Source of the DNA: Candidatus Helarchaeota archaeon | Lineage (GTDB): Archaea > Asgardarchaeota > Lokiarchaeia > Helarchaeales > RDOG01 | Direction of reading: 5' to 3' | Assembly (NCBI GenBank): GCA_019058315.1 | Contig: JAHPZH010000002.1 | Coordinates: 160,001 to 224,000 of the forward strand | Length of the DNA stretch: 64,000 bases | Shown here: one piece after another, positions 9,921 through 18,842 of the stretch | How positions within the stretch are numbered: position 1 is the first letter of the stretch | How the letters are laid out: each line of letters starts with the position of its first letter | Notes under the pieces: generated by a model | Seen by the model: only the letters and a program-made list of their open reading frames with translations | The model's database searches: none | What the model was told of the DNA's origin: nothing | Position numbers and translations under genes: made by a program

Positions 9921-10760
9921 ATGTGTCAATTTTGTGTCCAGCATGGCGAAGGCAAGATATGGTATAAACATGCAAAGAATTATGCAAGACATCAATACAA
10001 AAAACTACGTCAAAAACGTCATGAAGGTCCATCACTAGCAGCACAAGCTAATGCGGCAGTTGCACAAGCGATCATGACCAAAAATTTGAATCCGAAAAAA
10101 TTTCCTGAATTAAAAGCTGCAGCTGAAAGGTTGGCATTAAAACAACATGGAGGTCAAGTACTTCCATTTGAACATGCTGAAATAATTATAGAATTATCTT
10201 CACCAATCGCTTTAATTGACTGTGTATGTAGACGGGCGAACCGAGCTACATTAGAGACCACTTCTGAATTTAAAGATGACGAGCTTACTAGATCGTGTAT
10301 GGGACTTGGAGTAGGAATGCTTAAATGGGAAGAATGGCCAGAACGGTATAAAGGTGGAATCGATATACTAGATCAGAAAGAAGCAAGAGATTGGTTGAAG
10401 GTTTGGAAAAAACGTGGAATGGTTCCGACTTTAATGACATTTGGAACACCTTATATCGGTGGACTGTGCATGTGTGATTATCCTATATGTATGATTATTC
10501 GAAATCGTATGGACTATGATATCAAACAATTACTGAAAGGCGAATTTGTAGCTGTATTGGACCAGGAAAAGTGCAAAGGATGTTTAAGATGTATGCAACG
10601 TTGCCACTTTGGCGCAATCACTCACGAGGTGGTCCGAGGGAAAGCTTATATTAATATGAAGAAGTGTTTTGGGTGTGGGTTGTGTCGAGATGTATGTCCG
10701 GAAAATGCAATAACATTACAACCGAGAATGAATTTTCCATTATTAAAAAATATGTGGTGA
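9921..10760 (+). CDS. Cys-rich Fe-S protein with a ferredoxin domain (copy 2)
   Basis: Colinear paralog of 7968-8813 (HGGQVL, GLGVGM..WE..P.RY, TLMTFG..PYIGGLC, KQLLKGE). Confidence 0.85.
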   Translation: MCQFCVQHGEGKIWYKHAKNYARHQYKKLRQKRHEGPSLAAQANAAVAQAIMTKNLNPKKFPELKAAAERLALKQHGGQVLPFEHAEIIIELSSPIALIDCVCRRANRATLETTSEFKDDELTRSCMGLGVGMLKWEEWPERYKGGIDILDQKEARDWLKVWKKRGMVPTLMTFGTPYIGGLCMCDYPICMIIRNRMDYDIKQLLKGEFVAVLDQEKCKGCLRCMQRCHFGAITHEVVRGKAYINMKKCFGCGLCRDVCPENAITLQPRMNFPLLKNMW

Positions 10761-10765
10761 GGTTT

Positions 10766-11050
10766 ATGACAATAGTTAAAGTTAAATGGAATCAATCAAA
10801 ATGCCCAACCCCATTTGCCTGTAAGAAATGTTTACAAATATGCCCTCAAGCGGTTTTTAGGGTTGATTGTGTGAAAACGGAGAGATTTAAAGAAACAGAT
10901 CCAAATGAACCGAATGTATATGTTATAATACCATTTTATGTATCCGAATGTGTAGCTTGTAATAAATGTGTCGAAGTTTGTCCTAATGGTGCCTTGAAAA
11001 TAAAAATAAAGGAACCCACTCCAGCACCTGAGGCAACGGCAAAGGCTTAA
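10766..11050 (+). CDS. 2[4Fe-4S] ferredoxin (copy 2)
   Basis: CPTPFACKKCLQICP and CVACNKCVEVCP; ATG at 10766 follows GGTGAGG. Confidence 0.9.
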   Translation: MTIVKVKWNQSKCPTPFACKKCLQICPQAVFRVDCVKTERFKETDPNEPNVYVIIPFYVSECVACNKCVEVCPNGALKIKIKEPTPAPEATAKA

Positions 11051-11062
11051 GGAGGTTTAAAT

Positions 11063-11638
11063 ATGAGTCATTTAGAAATACAAGAACGGTTTGGAAGAAA
11101 AGCTTATTATCTTAATGAGGAAATGCTCAATATTATTGGTCAAGAATTCGAGGCTTCAAAGATAGTTGAAGCTTTTAAATCAGACAAAAAACCAGCTATA
11201 TTTAAGAATTGGGGAAATAAAGCTGCAAAACGAACAATTGAACTAAGCACTGATCCGAAATACACTGACCGTACTTATGAAGTAATGCTTGAAATGTTTA
11301 AAAAGAAAGGAATTTTAAAATTTCCTAATATTATACAGCGATTTTTCGAGATATTATACATGGCTACAAACCCACAAGAGGAATACCAGCACTTGAAATG
11401 CTTGGAAAATAATAGTATGGCATTAAGATACCAATTAAAAAAGGGACAATGCGCAATTTTTGAAAAGTTGATAGAAATTTGTGGAAAAGATGTGGCTTCG
11501 CAATTACCATGTAAAAATTATTGCCTAGAAGTGGCAGAAACAATCTTAAAAGATAATGATATTGCAAATTACATTGTAACCCAGGATTTAGAAATGCCTA
11601 AGGACGGAGTATGCAAGTTTAATATTGTAAAATCTTAA
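11063..11638 (+). CDS. V4R/ATC-hydrolase-like protein (copy 2)
   Basis: D.TYE.., FPN..QRF.EI.Y, LPCKNYC, MPKDGVCKF shared with 9147-9695; SD GGAGG. Confidence 0.55.
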   Translation: MSHLEIQERFGRKAYYLNEEMLNIIGQEFEASKIVEAFKSDKKPAIFKNWGNKAAKRTIELSTDPKYTDRTYEVMLEMFKKKGILKFPNIIQRFFEILYMATNPQEEYQHLKCLENNSMALRYQLKKGQCAIFEKLIEICGKDVASQLPCKNYCLEVAETILKDNDIANYIVTQDLEMPKDGVCKFNIVKS

Positions 11639-11664
11639 TCTTTTCCTTTTTCTTTTAAATAAAA

Positions 11665-12906
11665 TTAAGCTTTTTTACGTGACCAATAAAATAAAGCACC
11701 AAAAGCACCGCAAATCGCAGCAATTCCAAAAATAAGGACCCAGGAATATATATTATTATACTCTTCTATATATGCAATTTTTAATACAAGTGCTAAAGTT
11801 ATTGAATAAATTAAGAAGAGAATTAAATATTTAGTTCTATCAAGGAACAGAAATTCCTGGTCTGTCTTTTCATAACCTTTAATCAATAGAATAAAATAAC
11901 CAATAAAAGTAGAAACATTCCAACGCATTAGCGCAATTTCATATTGATGTCCAAAATAAAAAACATGTTGAACAACTATCCAAGCTAAAATAAATATGTT
12001 AATAACTTCTTTTTTGAAATCTAACATTTCTTTAATAATAAAGGGTAAATAAATTAAAATTGGAATTAAAATGGTCACTAAATATAAAAAAATATACCCT
12101 GCTGAACCATAATTAGGTTGAAAGAAACCTATATTCCAAAATATTGTTTGAAGAAGGATGCTTATTGGATTTACACTATTGATAATGGAATAGACTAATA
12201 TTGGAATTAAAGAAATAATCCCAAATAATATAATAACAATAAATTCTTTTATAAATAAATTCAGAGAATCTTTATCTGTAAATTTTTCTCCCTCATAATA
12301 AAAAATTAAAAAAATAACTCCTAATACATAAATTAAACCAAAAGTTATCCTTATACTAAGAGTTATACCCAGTAAACCTGCAATAATTAAATATTTATAC
12401 TTGAAATTTTCAGATTTTTCAGTTTCTAGTAATACTTTTCGAGTATGCGTTGTATTTATATGTTTAAAGAAGAAAGCTAAAATTAAAGGTGCTAAAGGAT
12501 AATAAAGATTTTCCGTAACAATAAAAGAAGAGTAATATAAAGCAAGACAATTGAAATTATATAGAATTGTAGAAACTAAAATAATATTTTCGTTGTTGAT
12601 GAAGTTTTTCATTAAATAATAAACAGTAAATACTCCAAGAGAAGAAATTAAAGCTAGAAAAATTCTTACTCCAAAAATATTAAAAGTATAATAAATCGGT
12701 GCGAGAATGACAGTAAATCCGATGAATTTAGGAACATATCCAGCGTATTTCCATATTAAATCATACCCTAAAATATCAATATTAATGAAACCTTGTTCAT
12801 CGAGAAATATTCTATTTGGCCATATAAAGCAAAGCAAAATACGTATTAATAAAGTAATAGCCCATATTAGAATGATTTTTTGAGTTGTATTATTCATATA
12901 ATTCAA
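11665..12906 (-). CDS. GT-C fold (GT39/PMT-like) integral membrane glycosyltransferase
   Basis: Multi-TM protein; DE motif in the first loop (FLDEQGF); ..TE.. and ..R.. motifs. Confidence 0.65.
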   Translation of the reverse strand: MNYMNNTTQKIILIWAITLLIRILLCFIWPNRIFLDEQGFINIDILGYDLIWKYAGYVPKFIGFTVILAPIYYTFNIFGVRIFLALISSLGVFTVYYLMKNFINNENIILVSTILYNFNCLALYYSSFIVTENLYYPLAPLILAFFFKHINTTHTRKVLLETEKSENFKYKYLIIAGLLGITLSIRITFGLIYVLGVIFLIFYYEGEKFTDKDSLNLFIKEFIVIILFGIISLIPILVYSIINSVNPISILLQTIFWNIGFFQPNYGSAGYIFLYLVTILIPILIYLPFIIKEMLDFKKEVINIFILAWIVVQHVFYFGHQYEIALMRWNVSTFIGYFILLIKGYEKTDQEFLFLDRTKYLILFLIYSITLALVLKIAYIEEYNNIYSWVLIFGIAAICGAFGALFYWSRKKA

Positions 12907-13153
12907 CTTCCATTATAAATTTTAGTTAAAAAAACAAAATATATTTTGTAATATTCCTATTTTTTAATTACAATTATGATAATTAGTCAAAAATTTAAAT
13001 TTTCCTAAATAAAAATAGTTTTATAATAATTATCAAATAAAAAGATATAATATCAAATCATTTAGCCAAATTTATTTATCAATTTAATAATATTTAATTG
13101 AATTAATATCTTTATAATAAGAAAATAATAAAGAGCTTATTAACAGAATTAGG

Positions 13154-13759
13154 GTGAAAAATTTGATCCAAAATGTCTACGTTATTCGAAGTGCTAGTGG
13201 TCTTTGTCTTTTATCTAGGAGATATGGCGAAATACAATTTAATGAAGATTTAATATCAGGTTTTCTAACCGCTTTAAGGGACTTCAGTAAAGAAGTTACT
13301 GGTGGAGAAGGAATCATTAGAGTATTAGATATGAAATCTTACAATGTTATTTTAGTATTTAGGGAAAATTTAATGATAGCAGCGGGGGTTGATAAACACG
13401 ATAATAAAAATGTTGCAATGACAGCCCTTGGAAAGGTTTTAAATCAGTTTATGGAAAAATATAATCTCGAAGGATGGGATGGAAATATATCACAGTTTAA
13501 AGGATTTGAATCAGATATTGATGAAATTTTAGAAAGTGGAAAAATTTCAGATATTCCTGTTCCCTATCCAAAATTAAAGAAAAAATTGCCCAAAATGATT
13601 TTAAGAATGGGTGAAATTAATCAATTCGAATATGATGTCGCTCATCTATGTGATGGAAAAAGAATTATTGAAGATATTGCAGAAAAAATGGGGAAGACAG
13701 AAGAAGAAATCTATCACGTGCTTGAGAAGTTAAAGAACTTAGGATTGGTCGATTTTTAG
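13154..13759 (+). CDS. longin-like domain plus C-terminal wHTH protein
   Basis: YVI...SGLCLLSR...EDLISGFLTAL..F..EV (Asgard longin signature); CDGKRIIEDIA...LKNLGLV (wHTH). Confidence 0.75.
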   Translation: MKNLIQNVYVIRSASGLCLLSRRYGEIQFNEDLISGFLTALRDFSKEVTGGEGIIRVLDMKSYNVILVFRENLMIAAGVDKHDNKNVAMTALGKVLNQFMEKYNLEGWDGNISQFKGFESDIDEILESGKISDIPVPYPKLKKKLPKMILRMGEINQFEYDVAHLCDGKRIIEDIAEKMGKTEEEIYHVLEKLKNLGLVDF

Positions 13760-13772
13760 AATTTAAGATTTT

Positions 13773-14492
13773 TTATCTCGTTGAAAAGGCAAAAATTATC
13801 AATGATAATATTACTAAGCTTGATGCAATTATACTAACTAAATCACCTGGTAGACCTAAAACTGCTTTTGCACCTTTTGAATAAATTCCTCGTCCAATAA
13901 ATAAAATTAAAAATCCAATAGTATTTAATATGCTTTTTTTTCTGATATCCCCTGGAATTTGTAATGCCAAATAAACAAAAAGAGCCATAACTAAAATCCC
14001 ATAGGCAGGAAGTACGATGCCATTGAATAGTATATATAAAAAGCTTCCAGCAGCTAAAGCTTCTGCAGGTATAAATGGATAAATAAATCCTATTATAACT
14101 GGGGGAACGGCAATTATTGTTGCGACCAAATTAGATACTTTATCGTTATCTATTAACATAATACCAGCAATTGCTGCAAGACAAGCCATAGAAAACCAAT
14201 TGATACCCACACCTAACTGATCGTAAAATGAGTTCGGAACATAGAAATCATATATTATATTAGCTACACGACCAATTCCAAGGAATAAAAAGAAAAAAGA
14301 AAATATCAGCCAATAAAAAAGTTTACTTTCCTTTAATAAAAATCTATAAAAGAATATATAAGCAAATAATAGAAAATAATAGCCAACTGCAATAAACCAA
14401 AAACCAATGGCTAATGATTTTAACCAATATCCCTTAAAAAAATCAAATAAAATAACAATGTCAACCCAATTCACAGCCATAATGCTCACCAA
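13773..14492 (-). CDS. 6-7 TM membrane protein of the Asgard 7TM family
   Basis: Hydrophobic helices; FFLFLGIGR and IRKKSILNTIGF resemble the TM part of 60874-62001. Confidence 0.6.
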   Translation of the reverse strand: MVSIMAVNWVDIVILFDFFKGYWLKSLAIGFWFIAVGYYFLLFAYIFFYRFLLKESKLFYWLIFSFFFLFLGIGRVANIIYDFYVPNSFYDQLGVGINWFSMACLAAIAGIMLIDNDKVSNLVATIIAVPPVIIGFIYPFIPAEALAAGSFLYILFNGIVLPAYGILVMALFVYLALQIPGDIRKKSILNTIGFLILFIGRGIYSKGAKAVLGLPGDLVSIIASSLVILSLIIFAFSTR

Positions 14493-14619
14493 TTAATGAA
14501 GATAATATTATTTTAATTTATTATATTTTTTTGATTAATAGTATTTTATTATTTGTAACTGATTTAAAATAATTTTGTTTTTCTTCCAAATAATTAATTT
14601 CAACTAAGAGGTAATATTT

Positions 14620-15633
14620 ATGGAGCCAGAATTTGTTATAGGAGTAGATATAGGGGGTACAAACATTAGAGCAGGGACAGTTGACCAGAATGGAAAAATT
14701 ATGCATAAATCACATATGCCCGTTGAACATGATAAAGGTCAAAAAGGTTTTGAAAAAAATTTAATGGATTGTATTAAAGAAGTAGTTGATAAATTAGATA
14801 TAGACGATATACGAATTGGTATAGGTGCCCCAAGTCCAATGAATCCATTTACTGGTTTTTTAAATTCGCCACAAAATGTTGGATGTGGAGAATATCCATT
14901 AAAAGATAGGGTTATGGAAAAATTTGATACAAAATATGTTGAAGTTCGGAATGATTTAGATGCTATAGCGCTTGGTTATTATCATTTTGGTGAAGATTCT
15001 AGCCAAGGACGTGGAATTCCTTATTTAGCAGTGATTGCACCAGGTACAGGGTTGGGATCTAGTATGTTAATTAAAGGAAAACCTTATTTCGGAAGTTCGA
15101 GATCAGGTTATTTAGCTCTTGAACACCATAAAAGCCCTTATTTTGGGAGCACTTTGGAAGAATTTAAAGCGGGAATTGGAAAAGATTTTGAAGACTTTAC
15201 AGCGGGTAAAGGTGTAATAGCAATTTATTACAAATTATTTGGTAGCTCAAAAAATCCAGAAATAGCTAAAATAATTGAAAATTCTAAATATGAAGAAAAA
15301 GCTTGGATAATTAATAATTTCGCATCAGATTCTAAGGATAAGAAATTTATTCAAAAATATCCAGATTTTATTAATATCACAGATGAAATCTGTAAAAGAA
15401 CATATGAAAATGTAGGTAAACATTTAGGTTTTGCAATTGCATCCTTTGTTACTAATTTTAATCCAGATATTGTAATTTTAGAAGGTTCTATAAGTAATGC
15501 TTATGATATAATGAAAATTGAAATGTTAAAAGCGTATAAAGAATCCGTCTGGCTTGCTCATAAAGATATTCCAATTACAGTGGGCACTCTAAAAGACGCA
15601 GGGATAAAGGGTGCCTCCACTTTAGTTCGATAA
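14620..15633 (+). CDS. ROK family sugar kinase (glucokinase-like)
   Basis: IGVDIGGTN, NDLDA, GTGLG, NPDIVILEG, AGIKGA. Confidence 0.9.
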   Translation: MEPEFVIGVDIGGTNIRAGTVDQNGKIMHKSHMPVEHDKGQKGFEKNLMDCIKEVVDKLDIDDIRIGIGAPSPMNPFTGFLNSPQNVGCGEYPLKDRVMEKFDTKYVEVRNDLDAIALGYYHFGEDSSQGRGIPYLAVIAPGTGLGSSMLIKGKPYFGSSRSGYLALEHHKSPYFGSTLEEFKAGIGKDFEDFTAGKGVIAIYYKLFGSSKNPEIAKIIENSKYEEKAWIINNFASDSKDKKFIQKYPDFINITDEICKRTYENVGKHLGFAIASFVTNFNPDIVILEGSISNAYDIMKIEMLKAYKESVWLAHKDIPITVGTLKDAGIKGASTLVR

Positions 15634-15732
15634 CATTCAACAATTTAAAATTCTTTATATTTCTTTAATAAGTGAGCTTAAAATTATACTATAATATATG
15701 TAATATTACAAAGAATTAATCCTCAATATTCT

Positions 15733-15782
15733 TAAATTGGCAAAAAATTGACCCCCATCTAAATTGGCAAAAAATTGACCCC
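15733..15782. repeat. perfect 23-bp direct repeat (TAAATTGGCAAAAAATTGACCCC), 27-bp period
   Basis: Copies at 15733-15755 and 15760-15782, between convergent genes. Confidence 0.9.
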
Positions 15783-15884
15783 TTTTTATTTATATTAGTA
15801 TACCAGTAAACATAGTAATAAGGTTAAAAAGTAAAGGGTGAAGCCCTTCCTCTTGAAATAAAGGGGGAATGTAGGCTTTTTTTT

Positions 15885-16682
15885 CTATTTTATTATTTTT
15901 TTTAATTCATTTTTATTAATTTCAATAAGGTTGATTATATTGGGGTTAATGAGATGGGTTAAAGAGTGTGGCTCTAATACAAAAAATTTAAAATTTGTTA
16001 ATTTTATCAGCTTTTCAATATATGAGGTATAATTTTTAACAAGACCTATATGACTAGATAATAATTTGTTATTAAAAACCTCAATAATTTTACCGACGTA
16101 TGTTTTACTTCTTAATATTGCGTGATCAATATCTAATGTTAATTTTAAATCTGGTATTTCTTGAAAAATTCTTTCTAGATATTTAATTTTAGATGTCATT
16201 CTCCAATCGCTATATGACATATTTTCAATGGAAAGAGTGATTCCATTATCAGAACATATGTCATAGAAAGATATTAAGGCATCAATAGTACTATTTAAAG
16301 CTATTTTTCCATATTTTCTAGAAAATGAAGAAGCAGTTTTAAAAGAATTCTTTCCTCCATGCGTTACTACATATTTAGCACCAATATTTCTCGCAAATTC
16401 AATTGATTCTTTAATTTGATTTATCGAAAATTGTCTTATTTTTTTGTTATAGGCTGAAATATTCAAATCTTTAATTGGTGTATGGAAAGAAATATTAAAT
16501 CTGTAATTTGATAAAATATCATTAATAAAAGAAACAGCTTTATTTGGGTAAATTTTAAAGATCTCAGGATGTTCTGGTTGTAATTCTATACCATCAAAAC
16601 CCATATTTTCTGCAATTTCACAAATTTTTTTAAATTCTATTTGATAAGTTGAACGATCAATTCCTAAATGAAGTTTTTGCAT
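15885..16682 (-). CDS. sugar-phosphate isomerase/epimerase (AP-endonuclease-2 TIM barrel)
   Basis: GFDGIEL, SFHTP..DLNI, VVTHGG, IENM, LTLDIDHA. Confidence 0.8.
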   Translation of the reverse strand: MQKLHLGIDRSTYQIEFKKICEIAENMGFDGIELQPEHPEIFKIYPNKAVSFINDILSNYRFNISFHTPIKDLNISAYNKKIRQFSINQIKESIEFARNIGAKYVVTHGGKNSFKTASSFSRKYGKIALNSTIDALISFYDICSDNGITLSIENMSYSDWRMTSKIKYLERIFQEIPDLKLTLDIDHAILRSKTYVGKIIEVFNNKLLSSHIGLVKNYTSYIEKLIKLTNFKFFVLEPHSLTHLINPNIINLIEINKNELKKIIK

Positions 16683-16700
16683 ATCTATACCTATATCCTA

Positions 16701-17447
16701 TTACAAACCACCAATTCTATGTTTCCATTCATCTATCTTATCAAATAATAAGGCAATTATATCTGGATCCATTTTCATATTTTGTGGATACTTCTTTAAT
16801 TTCCGTGCAAACGTCCCTAGTTCATAGATTGCGGGATGAAACTTGTAGATTCTAACTATTTCATCCCTTACAAATTCCATATAGTCAGCAAATTTTACTG
16901 CAGGGGTTTCAATCTTAGATTTTAATGAGTCTAAAAGATCTAGAACTTCAACTGGAACTGTTTTACCAACTTTTATTGGAATTGGAGCTCGTCTTGAAGG
17001 AGCAGGAATGTCAACACGAGTAACTATCGGCTTTTTAGAGGGTTCAAGAGGCTTTAAGGGCTTTGGGGTGGGCGTAATAACTTTAGCTAAAGGAACTGTT
17101 TTGGCCGGAGATTTAGTAATAGTTCGGATTGAATCTATTTTAGAATCCATAAAATTTTTAATTCTACTCGCTGTGTTCTTCACACCTTCAGAAATATCAT
17201 CCAATTTAGCTGTTATTGCCCCCGTATTTATGCCAGAACCAGGAACTTGTGTCTGAAATATTTCCTGCAACTCATCTAATTTATTACCCATCATATCACT
17301 AAAGTTAAGAAATCCAGAATTAACATCTTTTTTCAGGATTTCTAAGGCAGATGTGTTTCCTTGTATCAAAGTTCTCAATTCTTCAACTGCTCCCACAAGC
17401 TTTTTCATCTGTTCTTCTAATCTTTCAAAAACGGTTGCCATTATCAA
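16701..17447 (-). CDS. coiled-coil / Pro-rich linker / helical C-domain protein
   Basis: Heptad-like N-terminus, PTPKPLKPLEPSKKP linker, SD GGAGG; co-oriented with the Rab gene. Confidence 0.6.
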   Translation of the reverse strand: MIMATVFERLEEQMKKLVGAVEELRTLIQGNTSALEILKKDVNSGFLNFSDMMGNKLDELQEIFQTQVPGSGINTGAITAKLDDISEGVKNTASRIKNFMDSKIDSIRTITKSPAKTVPLAKVITPTPKPLKPLEPSKKPIVTRVDIPAPSRRAPIPIKVGKTVPVEVLDLLDSLKSKIETPAVKFADYMEFVRDEIVRIYKFHPAIYELGTFARKLKKYPQNMKMDPDIIALLFDKIDEWKHRIGGL

Positions 17448-17463
17448 TACCCTCCAATTTATT

Positions 17464-17994
17464 TTAAATGAGTTTTTCTAATTTGATTTTTGCAAGTTTT
17501 GAAAAAGCTTTATCTACATTTTTCCCAGTTTTTGCTGAAGTTTTGAAATAAAATTCAATTTTCAATTCTTTCATTAATGTTTCAATATCAGAATCTGAAA
17601 TAACAATACCATCTTTCAAATCCAATTTGTTTGCCAATAAAGCGATTGGAATATCTTTAAGATATTCACGTAAATCTTTATACCAGTTTGAAACGTGTTG
17701 AAACGCTTCTTTATTTGTAAGGTCGAAAACAATAAATCCTGCATGACTACCTTCATAATAATATCTTCGTATTATTTCAAAACGTTCTTGACCACCAATA
17801 TCCCAAACTGTTAAGACTGCATTCTTTTTATCTTCGGGGAATTCTATCACTTTGACATTAAAATCTGCACCAATAGTATGTTTATATTCATCTTCAAATT
17901 TATCATCTGCGAATCTTCTGATTAAAGACGTTTTTCCTACTGCCGGATCCCCAACAACTACAACCTTTAATTGATATTTTTTTCCTTCACTCAA
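17464..17994 (-). CDS. Rab-like small GTPase
   Basis: GDPAVGKT, TIGADF, WDIGGQERF, YYEG, NKLD, SAKT; no C-terminal Cys. Confidence 0.95.
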   Translation of the reverse strand: MSEGKKYQLKVVVVGDPAVGKTSLIRRFADDKFEDEYKHTIGADFNVKVIEFPEDKKNAVLTVWDIGGQERFEIIRRYYYEGSHAGFIVFDLTNKEAFQHVSNWYKDLREYLKDIPIALLANKLDLKDGIVISDSDIETLMKELKIEFYFKTSAKTGKNVDKAFSKLAKIKLEKLI

Positions 17995-18120
17995 TTTAAC
18001 TATACCTTCTGTAATTTAATTTAAATAATAAATACTATCCTTAACAATTGAAGAAAAATTTAATTTTAGATTTAATCTCGAATATATTTATATGTAATTG
18101 AAAATAAAAATGAGAATATA

Positions 18121-18837
18121 ATGATAAAACTTTTAGTTTCTCCCATTAATCTCGAAGAAGCTCAAAACGCAATTAATGGTGGGGCCGATATTATTGATGT
18201 TAAAAACCCAGTAGAGGGGAGCTTAGGTGCAAATTTTCCATGGGTTATAACCGAAATTCAAAAATTAGTTAAAAAATATAATGGACTTGAAATTAGTGCT
18301 ACTCTTGGTGACTTTCCTAATCTACCAGGAACAGCATCTCTTGCAGCTTTAGGAATGGCTAATTGTAATGTAGATTACATTAAAGTTGGCTTAAAAGGAC
18401 CAAAAACTAAAAAAGACGCAATATTTTTTATGAAGCAAATTATTAGAGCAGTATCTGAATATAAAGGGCAAGTTAAAATCGTAGTTGCAGGCTATGCCGA
18501 CTATAAACGATTTGGAACCATCGAACCACTCTTAATTCCAGAAATCGCAGCGGAATCAGGAGCAGATGTAGCCATGGTAGACACTGGAATTAAAGATGGA
18601 AAGAACTTATTTGATTTTATGTCAGAAGAACAAATCAAAATATTTGTCGAAAAAACTTTAAAAAATGATATAATTGTTGCTCTTGCAGGGTCTATAAGGA
18701 AAGATCATTTTCCTAAACTCAAAGAAATTAAACCTCATATCATTGGGCTTCGAGGTGCAGCTTGCGAGAAATCCGATAGATTACATGGCAAGATTAGGGT
18801 TGAATTAGTAAAAGAATTAAAATCACTTCTTAAATAG
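18121..18837 (+). CDS. mfnB: (5-formylfuran-3-yl)methyl phosphate synthase (methanofuran biosynthesis)
   Basis: KLLVSP...GGADIIDVKNP.EGSLGANFPW, MVDTGIKDGK, ALAGS, GLRGAAC. Confidence 0.92.
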   Translation: MIKLLVSPINLEEAQNAINGGADIIDVKNPVEGSLGANFPWVITEIQKLVKKYNGLEISATLGDFPNLPGTASLAALGMANCNVDYIKVGLKGPKTKKDAIFFMKQIIRAVSEYKGQVKIVVAGYADYKRFGTIEPLLIPEIAAESGADVAMVDTGIKDGKNLFDFMSEEQIKIFVEKTLKNDIIVALAGSIRKDHFPKLKEIKPHIIGLRGAACEKSDRLHGKIRVELVKELKSLLK

Positions 18838-18842
18838 AATAG

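Noticed and set aside
7968-11638. Selenocysteine read-through in the Fe-S genes
   Set aside because: No in-frame TGA at Cys positions; the TGA at 10758-10760 is a true stop overlapping the next gene's SD.
15733-15782. CRISPR array or intact IS end
   Set aside because: Only two units with a 4-nt spacer; no cas genes, no transposase and no terminal inverted-repeat partner.
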